A stretch of 64,000 bases of DNA, taken from assembly GCA_034185265.1 (NCBI GenBank), contig JAXFZD010000018.1, positions 13,388 through 77,387 on the forward strand. Direction: 5' to 3'. Shown in pieces: positions 30,757-42,000 of the stretch. A model generated the notes under the pieces. The model had not been told where the DNA came from. It ran no database searches and saw only the letters and a list, made by a program, of their open reading frames with translations. Source of the stretch: Bacilli bacterium (GTDB lineage: Bacteria; Bacillota_I; Bacilli_A; RFN20; CAG-826). Positions within the stretch are counted from its first letter, which is position 1, and each line of letters opens with the position of its first letter. Made by a program: the position numbers and the translations under genes.

Positions 30757-32403
30757 TTAGTGTTTTAATTCATCACCAACTGGATTCTCAATAGAGTATC
30801 CAATATTAACTAAGTGATCAGCGACTCTCTCTAATTCAGCTAAGAAAGTTGAATGGAATGGGGAGAGCTCATTTTTACATTGATTATTCTTAATTCTAAG
30901 GAAGTGAGCGTTAGCAAGTTGGTCTTTAAGGGCATCAGCTTTAACTTCAACATCATGAAGTTTACGTAAATCAGATTTCTTTCTATCCATAAAGACTTTT
31001 TGGGATAAATCAAACATCTGTTTAAGAAGTTCTTCCATTTCTCCAAATTCTTTTTTGGCAGTTTCAGAGAAATCTAGATCCTCTTCTTTCATCTTTCTTG
31101 CTGTTTGTAAGAAGTTATAAGCGTGGTCTCCAATACGCTCAATGTCGTTAATAACGTGATAATATCCACCAATCTTCTCTTCATCATGAAGTCCAGCTTT
31201 AGTTGATAATCTAATTAAATAATCTGAGATAGCTCCATTTATAAAGTCTATATTTTCTTCTCTTTCTTCAAGTTCTTTTCCTCTAGATAAATCTTGATTA
31301 TTAATTACAAAAGAGAAGCCTAAGAAGAAGTTTTCTTTCGCTAGCATAAGCATAGAATTAATCTCTTCTTTAACCTGAATAATCGCGATTGACGGGGTAT
31401 TTAATAAGTTATTGTTAATATGATGAAGAGATTTCATCTTTCTCTCTTCTTCTTTATCTTTAATTAATTTAATTGATAATTTCTCTATTGGATTAATTAA
31501 AGGAAGCAAGATCGCTATATAAACTACATTATATATAATGGTGAATATAGCGAGCATCATACCTACATTTTCTGTAGGGAAAGAATTTAACCAATCAAAT
31601 AACGGAGCAGAAACTCCCCAAACTACACAAGTAGCAATCAAGGCTCCTAAAATACGACAAATAAACGTCGAATATGTAACTCGTTTAGAAAGCACATTTC
31701 CTTTTAATGCCGCTAATATAGTAGGCATCATAGCTCCAATAGTAGCTCCTAAAACTAAATAGAATCCACTAGAAAGTAAGCTTGGGTTAGCTTCAACCAT
31801 AACGATAACAATACCGTTAGTAGCACTAGAAGATTGAGTTATAGCAGTTAAAAGTGCTCCAAAAAGCATTAATAATAATGGGAAGTTAATATTAGAAAGA
31901 AGCGTTACAACAGCATTTTTAATCTCTACATTATTAAATGCATTTTTCATAGCCTCTAGACCAAAGAAGAGAATACCAAACCCAATTAAGATTTCTCCTA
32001 CGCTTTTTACTGTAGGAGATTTAAAAAATCCCATGACGAAGCCTACAAAAGCTAGTGCCATAAGGAACATAGAAAAACTAAATGAAGATAGAGACACCAT
32101 TAATCCAGTAACAGTTGTCCCTAAGAAGGCTCCTAGCATAACAGAGAAGCCTTGAGCAAAAGTCATAGCTCCAGCAGTAAGGAAACCAACAACCATAACT
32201 GTTGTTGCACCACTAGATTGAATTATTGCGGTAGTTCCCGCCCCAATGCCAACTGCAGCTATCCTATTATTTTGTATTTTCTTAAATAATCTTCTTATAG
32301 ATCTTCCAGCTGTAGTCTTTAGTCCGGTAGACATCATATTCATACCAGTAACAAAGACAACTAAGCCTACAAGAAGCTCAATAACTACTTTTGCAGTTTC
32401 CAT
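30757..32403 (-). CDS. Na+/Pi cotransporter family protein with PhoU domains
   Basis: Two QSSS/QSSG repeats; C-terminal DIERIGDH and LERVADH PhoU motifs. Confidence 0.9.
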   Translation of the reverse strand: METAKVVIELLVGLVVFVTGMNMMSTGLKTTAGRSIRRLFKKIQNNRIAAVGIGAGTTAIIQSSGATTVMVVGFLTAGAMTFAQGFSVMLGAFLGTTVTGLMVSLSSFSFSMFLMALAFVGFVMGFFKSPTVKSVGEILIGFGILFFGLEAMKNAFNNVEIKNAVVTLLSNINFPLLLMLFGALLTAITQSSSATNGIVIVMVEANPSLLSSGFYLVLGATIGAMMPTILAALKGNVLSKRVTYSTFICRILGALIATCVVWGVSAPLFDWLNSFPTENVGMMLAIFTIIYNVVYIAILLPLINPIEKLSIKLIKDKEEERKMKSLHHINNNLLNTPSIAIIQVKEEINSMLMLAKENFFLGFSFVINNQDLSRGKELEEREENIDFINGAISDYLIRLSTKAGLHDEEKIGGYYHVINDIERIGDHAYNFLQTARKMKEEDLDFSETAKKEFGEMEELLKQMFDLSQKVFMDRKKSDLRKLHDVEVKADALKDQLANAHFLRIKNNQCKNELSPFHSTFLAELERVADHLVNIGYSIENPVGDELKH

Positions 32404-32467
32404 ACGAGTATTATCATATCAAATATTTTCTTAAGTAAGTATTTGTTTTTATTTCTTTATATAAAGA

Positions 32468-32507
32468 AAGGAACCCTTTTGGGTTGGTCAACGCCTTTAG
32501 GGTTCCT
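32468..32507 (-). terminator. Intrinsic terminator of the surface-protein gene
   Basis: AGGAACCCT...AGGGTTCCT inverted repeat preceded by an A-run. Confidence 0.65.
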
Positions 32508-32526
32508 ATAAATGATTATCTAATGA

Positions 32527-34476
32527 TTATCTTTGTTTTCTACGTCTAATGAAGAAACATCCAGAAACAATTACTAAACAGCTCGCCATTATAATAGTAA
32601 CAATTATTACTGTAGAGTTGTCTTTATCGTTTAATCCGTTAACTAATTTAGCACCGTTTGAAACATCCCCAATAAAATCAGTGTTTGCTCCATGATTATT
32701 GACTGCCCAGTAGTACCTAGCCATTGCATTACCGACAGTTGTACCATCAGAAAAACCTCCAGAAGCTTGAGCTTTTGCTTTTAATGCAGCCTTTGTAGAG
32801 TCTAGTAATAAAGCGTAAACGCCGCTAATCTTGTCCCAAACATCTGCCACTCCATTGTTAACGCCATTTGCGTCACAAAGATTTGAAGTAATATCTAAGA
32901 AATATTGTGAAAAGGCTCCAGGTTGAGTTCTATCTAATGAATCGTTAACAGTGTAAGTAATTGCAATACTAGTCATTACTACGCTACCTTTTGTAACATC
33001 CTTGGCTAATTTAAAAAATGTTGCATTTTTATTTGTAAAATCGTAGGTCCATGTATTGCTTGAAACAGAAGCAGTAACTTTATTTACATTTGGATTAACA
33101 GAGGAACCATAATACATACTAAAGTATGTTGCATTACCGCTGTTTGCAGAAATCACAATTGTCTTAATTGTTCCTAAGGCTGTAATATTGGAAATATATG
33201 AATTCTTATCAAGAGCATTCATTTGGAATCCACCGTTGATATACCATTTTCCTTCGAAAGCTTGGAATTGAGTACCATTACCTACAACACCAGCTCTTTC
33301 ATTCTCATATGAATTATTAGAACCGCTTGACCAGAAAGTTGATGTGCTGGCATCTGATAAAGTTATTGTAGCGACATTTTCAACAGTAATATCTATTGTA
33401 TCAGATGAATCATTCAGTTCACCAAAATAAACCACGAATGAAGCACCATTATGTGACATAGTTAAGGCTGTTGATAAATCAAAGTTCGATTCAGATAACT
33501 TTAGACTAAATCCTTTAGAAATAAAGTCAGCATTTGACTCAATTGTATATGTTTCATCGGAATCGTCATCAAAACCAACAGTGATAACTAGATCGGTTAA
33601 ATCTAATGTTTGACCAACTCGGTAATCCTTTTTAATACTGCTTGCATCAACTAAGATAGCGTTAGGATTAACCTCGATAATGCTGACATTAACTTTTGTG
33701 GAACAAGTAAACTGAACTGCGGCCGGAGTATATTTAACAGTTACTTGTTGATTGTCAACAGCAGAAGAAGAATTGAAGCCTGCAAACTCAAACTTGGAAG
33801 AATTTGATGATGAATAAGTAACATCATCATATGTTTCGTCAGTATAGGTTACTCTTACAACAAGACCGCTCGGATCAAAAGCTTCTCCTATTTTATATTC
33901 TAACTTAGTTGGCTGCGTTTGAACGTCAACAGACGAAGGGGTTTTTGATGCAGCAACTTTCCAAACATAGTAGTTTGGATAATTTGATAAATTGGAAGAT
34001 GCATAAAATTTGGTGTTAGCACCATTTTGGCCTAAAAATCTATTATTAGTATTGTATAAAACTCCGGTTGTACTACCTGCACCATCCCCCACATGTAAAG
34101 TTGAGCCAGAAGCACCATGACCAAATGTAGCTCCATTTGTACCTGTTGCGGTAACATATTTATTTGAAGCCTCATTAAGCAATGTGAATGTGGTTCCGGA
34201 TTTAGTTACTTTATAGATAACCCAGTCTGCTTCTGTTGAAGAAGTTGCCACACTAGAAGTACTGCTAACACCAACAGATGGATTAGAACTTGACATTTGT
34301 GCCAATATTACGTTGTCCCCTGTTGATAAATCATCAATTGATGAAACTTTTGTGTATGTTTTATCTAAAGCAAAAGTCGGAATTACACCTTTGTTAGAAC
34401 TAACAGCAACACCTACGCCGATTGCCATAGCGAGACCTAACGCTGCGCCGACAATCCTCGTAAAAAATTTGTTCAT
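32527..34476 (-). CDS. Surface protein with bacterial Ig-like (Big_3) domains and C-terminal membrane anchor
   Basis: Signal peptide; PTKLEYKIGEAFDPSGLVV and KKDYRVGQTLDLTDLVI Ig repeats; C-terminal TM helix plus RRKQR; start at 34476 behind AGGAG. Confidence 0.8.
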   Translation of the reverse strand: MNKFFTRIVGAALGLAMAIGVGVAVSSNKGVIPTFALDKTYTKVSSIDDLSTGDNVILAQMSSSNPSVGVSSTSSVATSSTEADWVIYKVTKSGTTFTLLNEASNKYVTATGTNGATFGHGASGSTLHVGDGAGSTTGVLYNTNNRFLGQNGANTKFYASSNLSNYPNYYVWKVAASKTPSSVDVQTQPTKLEYKIGEAFDPSGLVVRVTYTDETYDDVTYSSSNSSKFEFAGFNSSSAVDNQQVTVKYTPAAVQFTCSTKVNVSIIEVNPNAILVDASSIKKDYRVGQTLDLTDLVITVGFDDDSDETYTIESNADFISKGFSLKLSESNFDLSTALTMSHNGASFVVYFGELNDSSDTIDITVENVATITLSDASTSTFWSSGSNNSYENERAGVVGNGTQFQAFEGKWYINGGFQMNALDKNSYISNITALGTIKTIVISANSGNATYFSMYYGSSVNPNVNKVTASVSSNTWTYDFTNKNATFFKLAKDVTKGSVVMTSIAITYTVNDSLDRTQPGAFSQYFLDITSNLCDANGVNNGVADVWDKISGVYALLLDSTKAALKAKAQASGGFSDGTTVGNAMARYYWAVNNHGANTDFIGDVSNGAKLVNGLNDKDNSTVIIVTIIMASCLVIVSGCFFIRRRKQR

Positions 34477-34945
34477 ATTTTTTCTCCTTTCTTTTGTTCT
34501 TTCTTGTCCAAGTGACAAAAAAGAATATGAACAACATGTTTAACCTAATCTTGTATTTCTTAACTTACGCTAACAAAAACAAGCTAAGTCAAAGTTGTTA
34601 ATCACTAAGAACTCTCTTGATCCCCATGGTCAAAATAATTATTAGTGACTTTTCTAGGAGATATCTTCTAACTAAAGACCAATGTGCACTTTTGTTCTTT
34701 TTTATTAGATATTTCCTATCGCTAAACTCTTTATATTCTTTCTCTTCTTGACCAGGGAAGAGACTTCCTTAAAGAGGTTTAACGTTCTTTATTATATAAA
34801 GAAGGATAATTAAAGCAAGGACTATAAACCTCTTAATCAGCCTACAAATAGTTATCCTCCTTATATAAAATTCAAATATCGCGGTAATTCACGGATGAAA
34901 ATCAAAAATATATAAAAAATAACCAAATTAAGAGATAATAAAAAT

Positions 34946-35521
34946 ATGAAAGAAAAAATGTTAAAAGGTGAGTTCTATGATTCTCTAGATAAAGAACTCA
35001 CAGAACTAAGAATCAAATCAAATAGATTATGTTTAGAATATAATTCTCTTCCTGAAGGAAACCCTAGAAGAGAAGAAATATTAAAAGAATTAGGAATTAA
35101 ATTAGGTAAGAATGTCTTCCTAAGAGGTCCTATATATTTTGATTATGGATGCTTTACCTCTATTGGAGATTATTCTTATGCTAACTTTAATCTAACTATA
35201 TTAGATGTCTGTCCAGTAAAAATAGGAAATAACGTCTTTATAGGAAGCGGAGTCTCCATTCTTACTCCTCTTCATCCATTAGAATATAAAGAAAGAAATG
35301 CCTATTTTAATGAAGAAGGAAAATTAACTAATAAAGAATATGGGAAACCTGTAACTATAGAAGATAACTGCTGGATAGGCTCTAATGTAACTATTCTTCC
35401 TGGAGTAACTATAGGAAGTGGTTGCGTAATTGGGGCTGGATCAGTAGTAACTAAATCAATTTCAGAAAACTCTCTAGCAGTAGGGAATCCAGCTAGAGAA
35501 ATTAGAAAAATAAATAACTAA
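34946..35521 (+). CDS. maa: Maltose/galactoside O-acetyltransferase
   Basis: EKMLKGEFY, FDYG, hexapeptide repeats, GKPVTIEDNCWIG...GNPAR. Confidence 0.85.
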   Translation: MKEKMLKGEFYDSLDKELTELRIKSNRLCLEYNSLPEGNPRREEILKELGIKLGKNVFLRGPIYFDYGCFTSIGDYSYANFNLTILDVCPVKIGNNVFIGSGVSILTPLHPLEYKERNAYFNEEGKLTNKEYGKPVTIEDNCWIGSNVTILPGVTIGSGCVIGAGSVVTKSISENSLAVGNPAREIRKINN

Positions 35522-35522
35522 T

Positions 35523-36437
35523 CTATTTAATAAGTTTATATCCTAGAAGTTCTTCGCTCTTTTTAATAACTTCATCTACACATAAATATTGCTTATCTAA
35601 GAACTTATTTTCTTTTGGATATCCTTTAAAAGAGAAGAATCTTCTTGGTCCATAGAAAGCTCCTTCTTTAGCATTTTTATCTAGAACTCTACAAATAGAT
35701 AAAGCGCTCTTCCATAAAGAATTTCCATATAATTTCATGAATATATTCACCATTTTAATGAATATCTTACTTTTATATGTTTTATAGAATAATCCTGTCC
35801 AAGTAACTCCTGGATGAACTAAATAATATTTAATATTGGATTCATCATTATCTAATAAATATTTAAATAAATAAGCATCTAGTAGCTTTGAATTAGAATA
35901 TCTAGTCATTCTAGAAACTTCTTCATTAGGAGTAAGCATATTTATATCATTTTTCGCCCAGGAAGCTGCTACAGAAGAAGTTATAACCATTTTAACTTCG
36001 TGATTAAGGCTATGAAGATAATCTAAAAGAAGACATGTAAGCATATAAGGACCGAAATAGTTAGTAGAAATAACTAGTTCTCTGCCTTCTTTTACTTGAT
36101 AAGGGAGTCTATAGACTCCAGCATTATGATAAAAGACATCTATATCAATCTGTTTATCAATTATTTCTTTAGCAAATTTCTTTATAGATTCTTCTTCACT
36201 TAGGTCAATTATCATTAAAGAAATAGATGAGGAAGGGAACTCAATTCTTAATTTATTGATAGCATCCTCACCTCTTTTTATATTTCTTGCACATAAAATA
36301 ACTTTCATACCTAAATATAAGCAGTATCTAGCAGACTCAAATCCAACTCCTGAATTGCCTCCAGTAATAAGGATTGTTTTATCTTTAACATCTTTAAAGT
36401 TAAATCTATTTAAAAACTTAATTGCACCTTTTTTCAT
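35523..36437 (-). CDS. Short-chain dehydrogenase (retinol-DH/WWOX-like SDR)
   Basis: ITGGNSGVG, NAG, YSNSK catalytic motif, HPG. Confidence 0.88.
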   Translation of the reverse strand: MKKGAIKFLNRFNFKDVKDKTILITGGNSGVGFESARYCLYLGMKVILCARNIKRGEDAINKLRIEFPSSSISLMIIDLSEEESIKKFAKEIIDKQIDIDVFYHNAGVYRLPYQVKEGRELVISTNYFGPYMLTCLLLDYLHSLNHEVKMVITSSVAASWAKNDINMLTPNEEVSRMTRYSNSKLLDAYLFKYLLDNDESNIKYYLVHPGVTWTGLFYKTYKSKIFIKMVNIFMKLYGNSLWKSALSICRVLDKNAKEGAFYGPRRFFSFKGYPKENKFLDKQYLCVDEVIKKSEELLGYKLIK

Positions 36438-36455
36438 AATCTATATTTTACTTCT

Positions 36456-36731
36456 TTATTCATTTTCATGTTCATATATATCTACAATTACGTTTTGTTT
36501 AAGTTCTTCAATATTCTCTATGATGATCTCTTTAATCTTTTTATAATTATTCCCATTTTCTTGAATTTGAGATCTCATTCTCTCAGCAATCTGCTTATCA
36601 AATCTATCAATAAAAAGAAGAAATACATGTAAATCCCCACTATTTTGATTAGAAATCGCTTTAAAAATCTTCATATATTCTTTATTAAGCGCTTTTAAAT
36701 CTTTCTTTTTGCAGTGTCTAGAATCAAACAT
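36456..36731 (-). CDS. Hypothetical protein
   Basis: 91-aa ORF overlapping the upstream stop by 1 nt. Confidence 0.55.
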   Translation of the reverse strand: MFDSRHCKKKDLKALNKEYMKIFKAISNQNSGDLHVFLLFIDRFDKQIAERMRSQIQENGNNYKKIKEIIIENIEELKQNVIVDIYEHENE

Positions 36732-37432
36732 TATTTCTTCCTTAAAATAAATAAGCGTCTAGTTTCTTTAGTTTCTCGTGGCCAGGCAAAATAATCTAGG
36801 CTCTCAACATCTAGATTATTTTTATTAAATAAAGAGATCCACTGATTATCGCTTAATGAGGTTAATCTAAGAACTCCATCTAAATATAAATATTTATCTT
36901 CTTCTAAATTTAAGTTTCTTTCTTTAGCTTTCTCTTTACTTAAAAAGTAATTTAGACCAATTACAAGCCTTCCTCCCTTTTTGATAATCCTAGAAAATTC
37001 TTTAAGAATATATTCACTAGTTTCTAAAGGAAGAACATCAAGAACATTAGAGCAAATGATTGCTTCATAAGCTTCATTTTCTACAGTGTTCAACCAATCT
37101 TCTTCTATTGAAAACGCATGTATGTCTGCCCTAAATTTATCTTTATAGAGATTGACTCTATTAATTATATTTTCTCCTAAATCAACAGCTGTAACGATTT
37201 TTGCTCCTTCTTTAGAAGCTATTATTGCTCCCCAAGCGCTTCCGCAGCCATAATCTAAAACCTTGTTGCAGTCCTTTAAAGAAGCTACAGCTTCATAAAG
37301 CTTTTTAGAAGGAGCTAATTCCTTATAGTCTTGTTCTTTTAAATTATCTAATTCTTCTTTATCTTCCTTAGACATAAGAAAAGCGTTATCCCAAAACTCC
37401 ACTAGTTTCTTATTAACGCTTTCTTTATTCAT
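36731..37432 (-). CDS. Class I SAM-dependent methyltransferase
   Basis: VLDYGCGSA motif I, IICSNVLDV, IKKGGRLVI. Confidence 0.88.
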   Translation of the reverse strand: MNKESVNKKLVEFWDNAFLMSKEDKEELDNLKEQDYKELAPSKKLYEAVASLKDCNKVLDYGCGSAWGAIIASKEGAKIVTAVDLGENIINRVNLYKDKFRADIHAFSIEEDWLNTVENEAYEAIICSNVLDVLPLETSEYILKEFSRIIKKGGRLVIGLNYFLSKEKAKERNLNLEEDKYLYLDGVLRLTSLSDNQWISLFNKNNLDVESLDYFAWPRETKETRRLFILRKK

Positions 37433-37504
37433 AATAAATTTTAAGGTAAATAGAAACTAAAATCTCCGCAAATCCTTTATATAAATCTAAGAATTACGTA
37501 AATC

Positions 37505-40045
37505 TTAGTTATAGTTAGGCTCGACATTATTTTCGTAATCTTGCATAACAGATGGTTTTAAGCGGACATGTAAGAAGCTAATTTGCCCAACTTCAATTGT
37601 ACGAGCATCAAATATAACTAATTCATCAACTCCATCAGTATCTAGGAAATAATAGTCTACGCTTGCTCTAGTTCCTTTAGTCCAGGAAGAATAACAATTT
37701 AAGTATTGGTCGTATAAATAAGAAGCGCCTTCAGATATAGATTCATATCCTAATTGCTGAGCGATTTCTGGTCCTATTTCAATAAAGTATCTAGCGCAGG
37801 TTTTACTTCTAACATCAATATTATTAGAAATATAATCCGCAATAGAAAGATCTCCTAAAAGATTACAAACCGCATCAATAGCTGTATTTTTATCACTTAT
37901 ATATTCGGCTCCATAATTAGAATAAGGTAATTCATAATCTACTCCACCGAGAACAGTAATTGGTTCATATTCTTGAGGAACATTAGAGAAATGAAGTTCC
38001 ATGCCTTTATATACAAAACAATTCTCATCAGTTAGTGGGATGCTCATATCAAAATCTAGATAGAATTTCTTATCGTCATCAAGATAACTATGGATATTAT
38101 CGCCTTCATTAGCCTCATATGTTCCCCATAAATAAACCTCGGATATGTCATGGCAGTAAACCGGAACAGGAATTGTTGAAAGTTCACCATTAAGATATTT
38201 AGATAAAGCTGAATCAGTAAATCTAAGAATGTAGAAAGTAAGTTGATATGAAGATAAAGAAGAATCATCAAAGATAATTGCATCTTCCGCTCGATCGTCT
38301 ATTTTATGAACAAATACATTGTTATTTGATGTAAAAGTCCATGCTTCTGCATAATAAGACATGTATGTTTTCTTTATAGAAAGAATGGCTTCTTCTAGTG
38401 TTTTTGCTCCTTCAACATCTTCAATTATCTTATCGTTATATCCTAGAATATATCCTCTATTTATATCTAAAGCTGTCTTACCGCTGAAATATTTACCAGG
38501 ATCATTTTCTTTTAAAACATGACTAAGAACTTCTAAAACGTCTTTTTCTCCAGGATTAAAGTTTGCATTTAAAGAAGAATAAGGTAAGTCAAAATCAATT
38601 CCATTATCAACTATGATTTTGTTATATTTAGAAGGTTCTGCAGGAACGGTGCATCCAATAACTATTTGATTAGTGCTTCTAGAAATAGAAATAAATATCA
38701 TAGAATTATCAATTAACATCATGGTATAGACTTCTACGCCTTGCTGACTTTCATTAGAAACAAGGCCATTATCAATAAGTAATTGAACAAAAGCATCGTA
38801 ATCAGCATTACTTGCTCCGGTAATCTTAATATTTACACTTTTATATTGTCCTTCTACGTCACTTCTATTACTTTCATATGTAATATCTTCTTTATTAGAG
38901 AAGACAATCCAATCAAATCCTGTAATATTTTTAATGTCGTGATAAGGCCACTCGTGTTTATCTTCTTCCTCTTCTCCACTATCTCCTCCACTGAGTAAGT
39001 GATACATTAACTCATCGCCGTAGACAGAGCTAGCTTGTCTATAAATAGATTCAATTACGCTAGAATCAGTAAATGGAGCAGAGAAATATCCTTCTGGATT
39101 AAGATCTGTATTATTTAAACCAAAGTCTTTAAAAAGAAGCTTAGCTATTTCTAAAGATTGTTGAGTTGAACCATCAACTCTTTTTAATACATTATTCTTA
39201 TACCATCTTTGGTTGTCTCTATATATGTCTACTCCTTCATTTATATAAGAATCTAAAGTAGGATGAGATGCATCTTTATATACTTTTCTACTTGCTTCGT
39301 AACGGCATTTTCTCCATTCAACTAGGTTACTATTGCCTACTTCTGCGTAGTTATATTCATAACTAATGCCTGAATGGAGATAACTTAATTCAGTTTCTTC
39401 TCCATAATCATATAAAGCGAGTTTAAAGTTATTATCATTCTTAGAGAAATCATAATCTAATAGCATGTAGGCATATTTTGTATATTTATATGAATCGCTT
39501 CCTTTATTAAGGACAACATTCATTCCTACATTAGCGCTAATTAAATCATTATCATCAATATTTACACAAACTGAAAAATTGAAGTTATATTGAAGTTTAT
39601 TTGCTTCAGATTGAGTTTCATCTTTTTTTCCAGTTTCTATATCGATATAAACAGCACCAACTATATTGTGAGCATATTTAGTTCCAAAAGAATATGAAGC
39701 ACCAATATTCTCATAAATCGCCTTAAGATATTTAAATTGAATTAGAGGAGGAGTATCAAAATCTATTTGATCTTCTATTCTTTCATCTTCTTGTGCTCCA
39801 ACGAAAAAAGGCTGCAAAACGGACATATCTTCATCAATATCGATAGATTTTTTAGGATTTACTAAATTTCTTCTACCATGAGAAATATTAGATAAAGAAG
39901 CTTCAACTCCTTTAAAAGCTTTATCTACTTTTTGATATTTAGTTGACGCTCCTCCGCCTCCACCAGAAGATCCTCCGCCTCCGCAAGAAGCTAAAGAAAG
40001 AAGTACACCTAAGACTAAAACACATGTGCTTTTGAATTTATTCAT
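37505..40045 (-). CDS. Large lipoprotein with duplicated C-terminal domain
   Basis: LLSLASC lipobox plus Gly-rich tether; GGAGG RBS; internal repeat. Confidence 0.8.
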   Translation of the reverse strand: MNKFKSTCVLVLGVLLSLASCGGGGSSGGGGGASTKYQKVDKAFKGVEASLSNISHGRRNLVNPKKSIDIDEDMSVLQPFFVGAQEDERIEDQIDFDTPPLIQFKYLKAIYENIGASYSFGTKYAHNIVGAVYIDIETGKKDETQSEANKLQYNFNFSVCVNIDDNDLISANVGMNVVLNKGSDSYKYTKYAYMLLDYDFSKNDNNFKLALYDYGEETELSYLHSGISYEYNYAEVGNSNLVEWRKCRYEASRKVYKDASHPTLDSYINEGVDIYRDNQRWYKNNVLKRVDGSTQQSLEIAKLLFKDFGLNNTDLNPEGYFSAPFTDSSVIESIYRQASSVYGDELMYHLLSGGDSGEEEEDKHEWPYHDIKNITGFDWIVFSNKEDITYESNRSDVEGQYKSVNIKITGASNADYDAFVQLLIDNGLVSNESQQGVEVYTMMLIDNSMIFISISRSTNQIVIGCTVPAEPSKYNKIIVDNGIDFDLPYSSLNANFNPGEKDVLEVLSHVLKENDPGKYFSGKTALDINRGYILGYNDKIIEDVEGAKTLEEAILSIKKTYMSYYAEAWTFTSNNNVFVHKIDDRAEDAIIFDDSSLSSYQLTFYILRFTDSALSKYLNGELSTIPVPVYCHDISEVYLWGTYEANEGDNIHSYLDDDKKFYLDFDMSIPLTDENCFVYKGMELHFSNVPQEYEPITVLGGVDYELPYSNYGAEYISDKNTAIDAVCNLLGDLSIADYISNNIDVRSKTCARYFIEIGPEIAQQLGYESISEGASYLYDQYLNCYSSWTKGTRASVDYYFLDTDGVDELVIFDARTIEVGQISFLHVRLKPSVMQDYENNVEPNYN

Positions 40046-40218
40046 AATTATGCCTCCAACACATTTATACCATTTATAAAATATAAAACAATTAGAAATC
40101 TTTTATTTAACTAAAAATAAACCTAGATTTTCATAAATCCAATAATTTCTATTCATACTAGTTAGACATAAAGAAAAGCCACCCGAAGGCAGCTAATCTT
40201 TAATTAACTTAATCTTAA

Positions 40219-42000
40219 TTAATTAAATTGAGAATTGTAGATCTCGCAGTAGAGTCCACCAAGTTTCATTAAGGAATCATGGTTTCCAGTTTCTACGATG
40301 TTACCATCTTTCATAACAAAGATGAGATCAGCATTCTTAATTGTAGAAAGTCTATGTGCAATAACGAAGCTTGTTCTTCCTTTTGTTAAGGAATCCATTG
40401 CCTTTTGAATTAAGATTTCAGTTCTAGTATCAACGTTACTAGTAGCTTCATCAAGAATTAACATTGGAGCATTTTCAGTCATTGCTCTAGCAATAGTAAC
40501 AAGTTGTTTTTGTCCTGCAGATAAGGCACTTTCTTTTTGAATAACTGTGTCTAATCCGTTTGGAAGAGTATCTACGTAGTGTTTTAAGTTAGTTTCTACA
40601 AGGATTTCTTGTAATCTATTTTCATCAACGTTCTTTAAGTTATAAACAATGTTTTCTCTTAAAGTTCCGTTAATTACCCAAGTTTCTTGGAGAATCATAC
40701 CAAAGATGTCTCTAAGTTCGCTTCTAGACATATCTTTAATAGAAACGCCATCAACTAAGATATCACCACTTGTAAGCTCGTAGAATCTCATAAGAAGGTT
40801 AACTAATGTAGTTTTACCTGCACCAGTAGGACCGATAATAGCAACTTTCATACCAGGTTTAATCTTACCTGAGAAGTTTCTAATTGTGAGTTTTCTTGGA
40901 TCATATCCAAAGCAGACATCTTTGAATTCTACTTCGCCGCGGATATGGCTATGATCAAGGAGAACTGGCTTAGCACTATCATCATCGAGTTCTTCCTTTT
41001 CAAGGAAGTTGAAGACTCTGTTACATGCAGCACTTCCAAGTTGGATTGTAGAAGAAGCTTGACCGATTTGAGCAAGAGGTTCTTGGAATAAGGAGACATA
41101 AATAATGAATCCGGTGATAACACCAACGTCATTAATTGATCCGTTAGCGAATAATAATCCTGCGCAAATTAAAACAGCACCATAAGTTAAATAAGAGACA
41201 AATGACATAGCTGGTTCGATAAGTCCACCAATAGCTTGGGACTTATATAAAGCGGAACCAAGAAGGTTATTTTTCTCTTTGAATTCAGCAATTTTCTTGC
41301 TTTCAGCATTAAATGCTTTGATAACGAGTTGTCCTGAATAGTTTTCTTCAACTGTAGAGTTAACTTCACCGAGGATTTCTTGAGTTTGATCAAATAAAGG
41401 TAGTGATTTCTTGAATGTAATAAAAATGATAACTAACATGATTGGAAGAGAACAGAGGACAACTAAAGCCATTTGCCAGCAAGCAAGGAACATGGCGATA
41501 AGAACACCAATAAGCATTACACCAGATTGGACTAACATACTTACAGAGTTTTGTAAGGAGATAGATAAAGTATCTACATCGTTAGTCATAATGGAGAGAA
41601 TGTCACCGGTTTGGGTTGTATCAAAGTAATCTAAAGGCATCTTATTGATCTTACAAGAGATCTCTCTTCTTAAATCTTTAGAGAACTTTTGGATGATTGT
41701 GTTAAGAATAAAACCAGAGATAAATCCAGTTAAGAAAGCTACACCAATATAGATAACTAAAGTAATGCCGTAGCGAGTTACGTTATCTAAATTGACGTGG
41801 AATACTCCAGTAAAATTAGTTGGAGGAATAAGTTCGTTAGTTAATCTACGAATTGTTCCTGGAGTAAGAATTGTAAAGACGACGGAAGCAATAAGTAAAA
41901 GGATAGAAACGAGGAAAGGAATATAGTATCTACGGAATGCTTTTACAAGGCTTCCCATTTTGCTTTTCTCTTTTGGAGCTGCGTTTACTTTGTTACTCAT
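40219..42000 (-). CDS. ABC exporter ATP-binding/permease subunit
   Basis: 6 TM; GPTGAGKT, LSAGQKQ, LILDEAT, IAHRLST. Confidence 0.95.
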   Translation of the reverse strand: MSNKVNAAPKEKSKMGSLVKAFRRYYIPFLVSILLLIASVVFTILTPGTIRRLTNELIPPTNFTGVFHVNLDNVTRYGITLVIYIGVAFLTGFISGFILNTIIQKFSKDLRREISCKINKMPLDYFDTTQTGDILSIMTNDVDTLSISLQNSVSMLVQSGVMLIGVLIAMFLACWQMALVVLCSLPIMLVIIFITFKKSLPLFDQTQEILGEVNSTVEENYSGQLVIKAFNAESKKIAEFKEKNNLLGSALYKSQAIGGLIEPAMSFVSYLTYGAVLICAGLLFANGSINDVGVITGFIIYVSLFQEPLAQIGQASSTIQLGSAACNRVFNFLEKEELDDDSAKPVLLDHSHIRGEVEFKDVCFGYDPRKLTIRNFSGKIKPGMKVAIIGPTGAGKTTLVNLLMRFYELTSGDILVDGVSIKDMSRSELRDIFGMILQETWVINGTLRENIVYNLKNVDENRLQEILVETNLKHYVDTLPNGLDTVIQKESALSAGQKQLVTIARAMTENAPMLILDEATSNVDTRTEILIQKAMDSLTKGRTSFVIAHRLSTIKNADLIFVMKDGNIVETGNHDSLMKLGGLYCEIYNSQFN

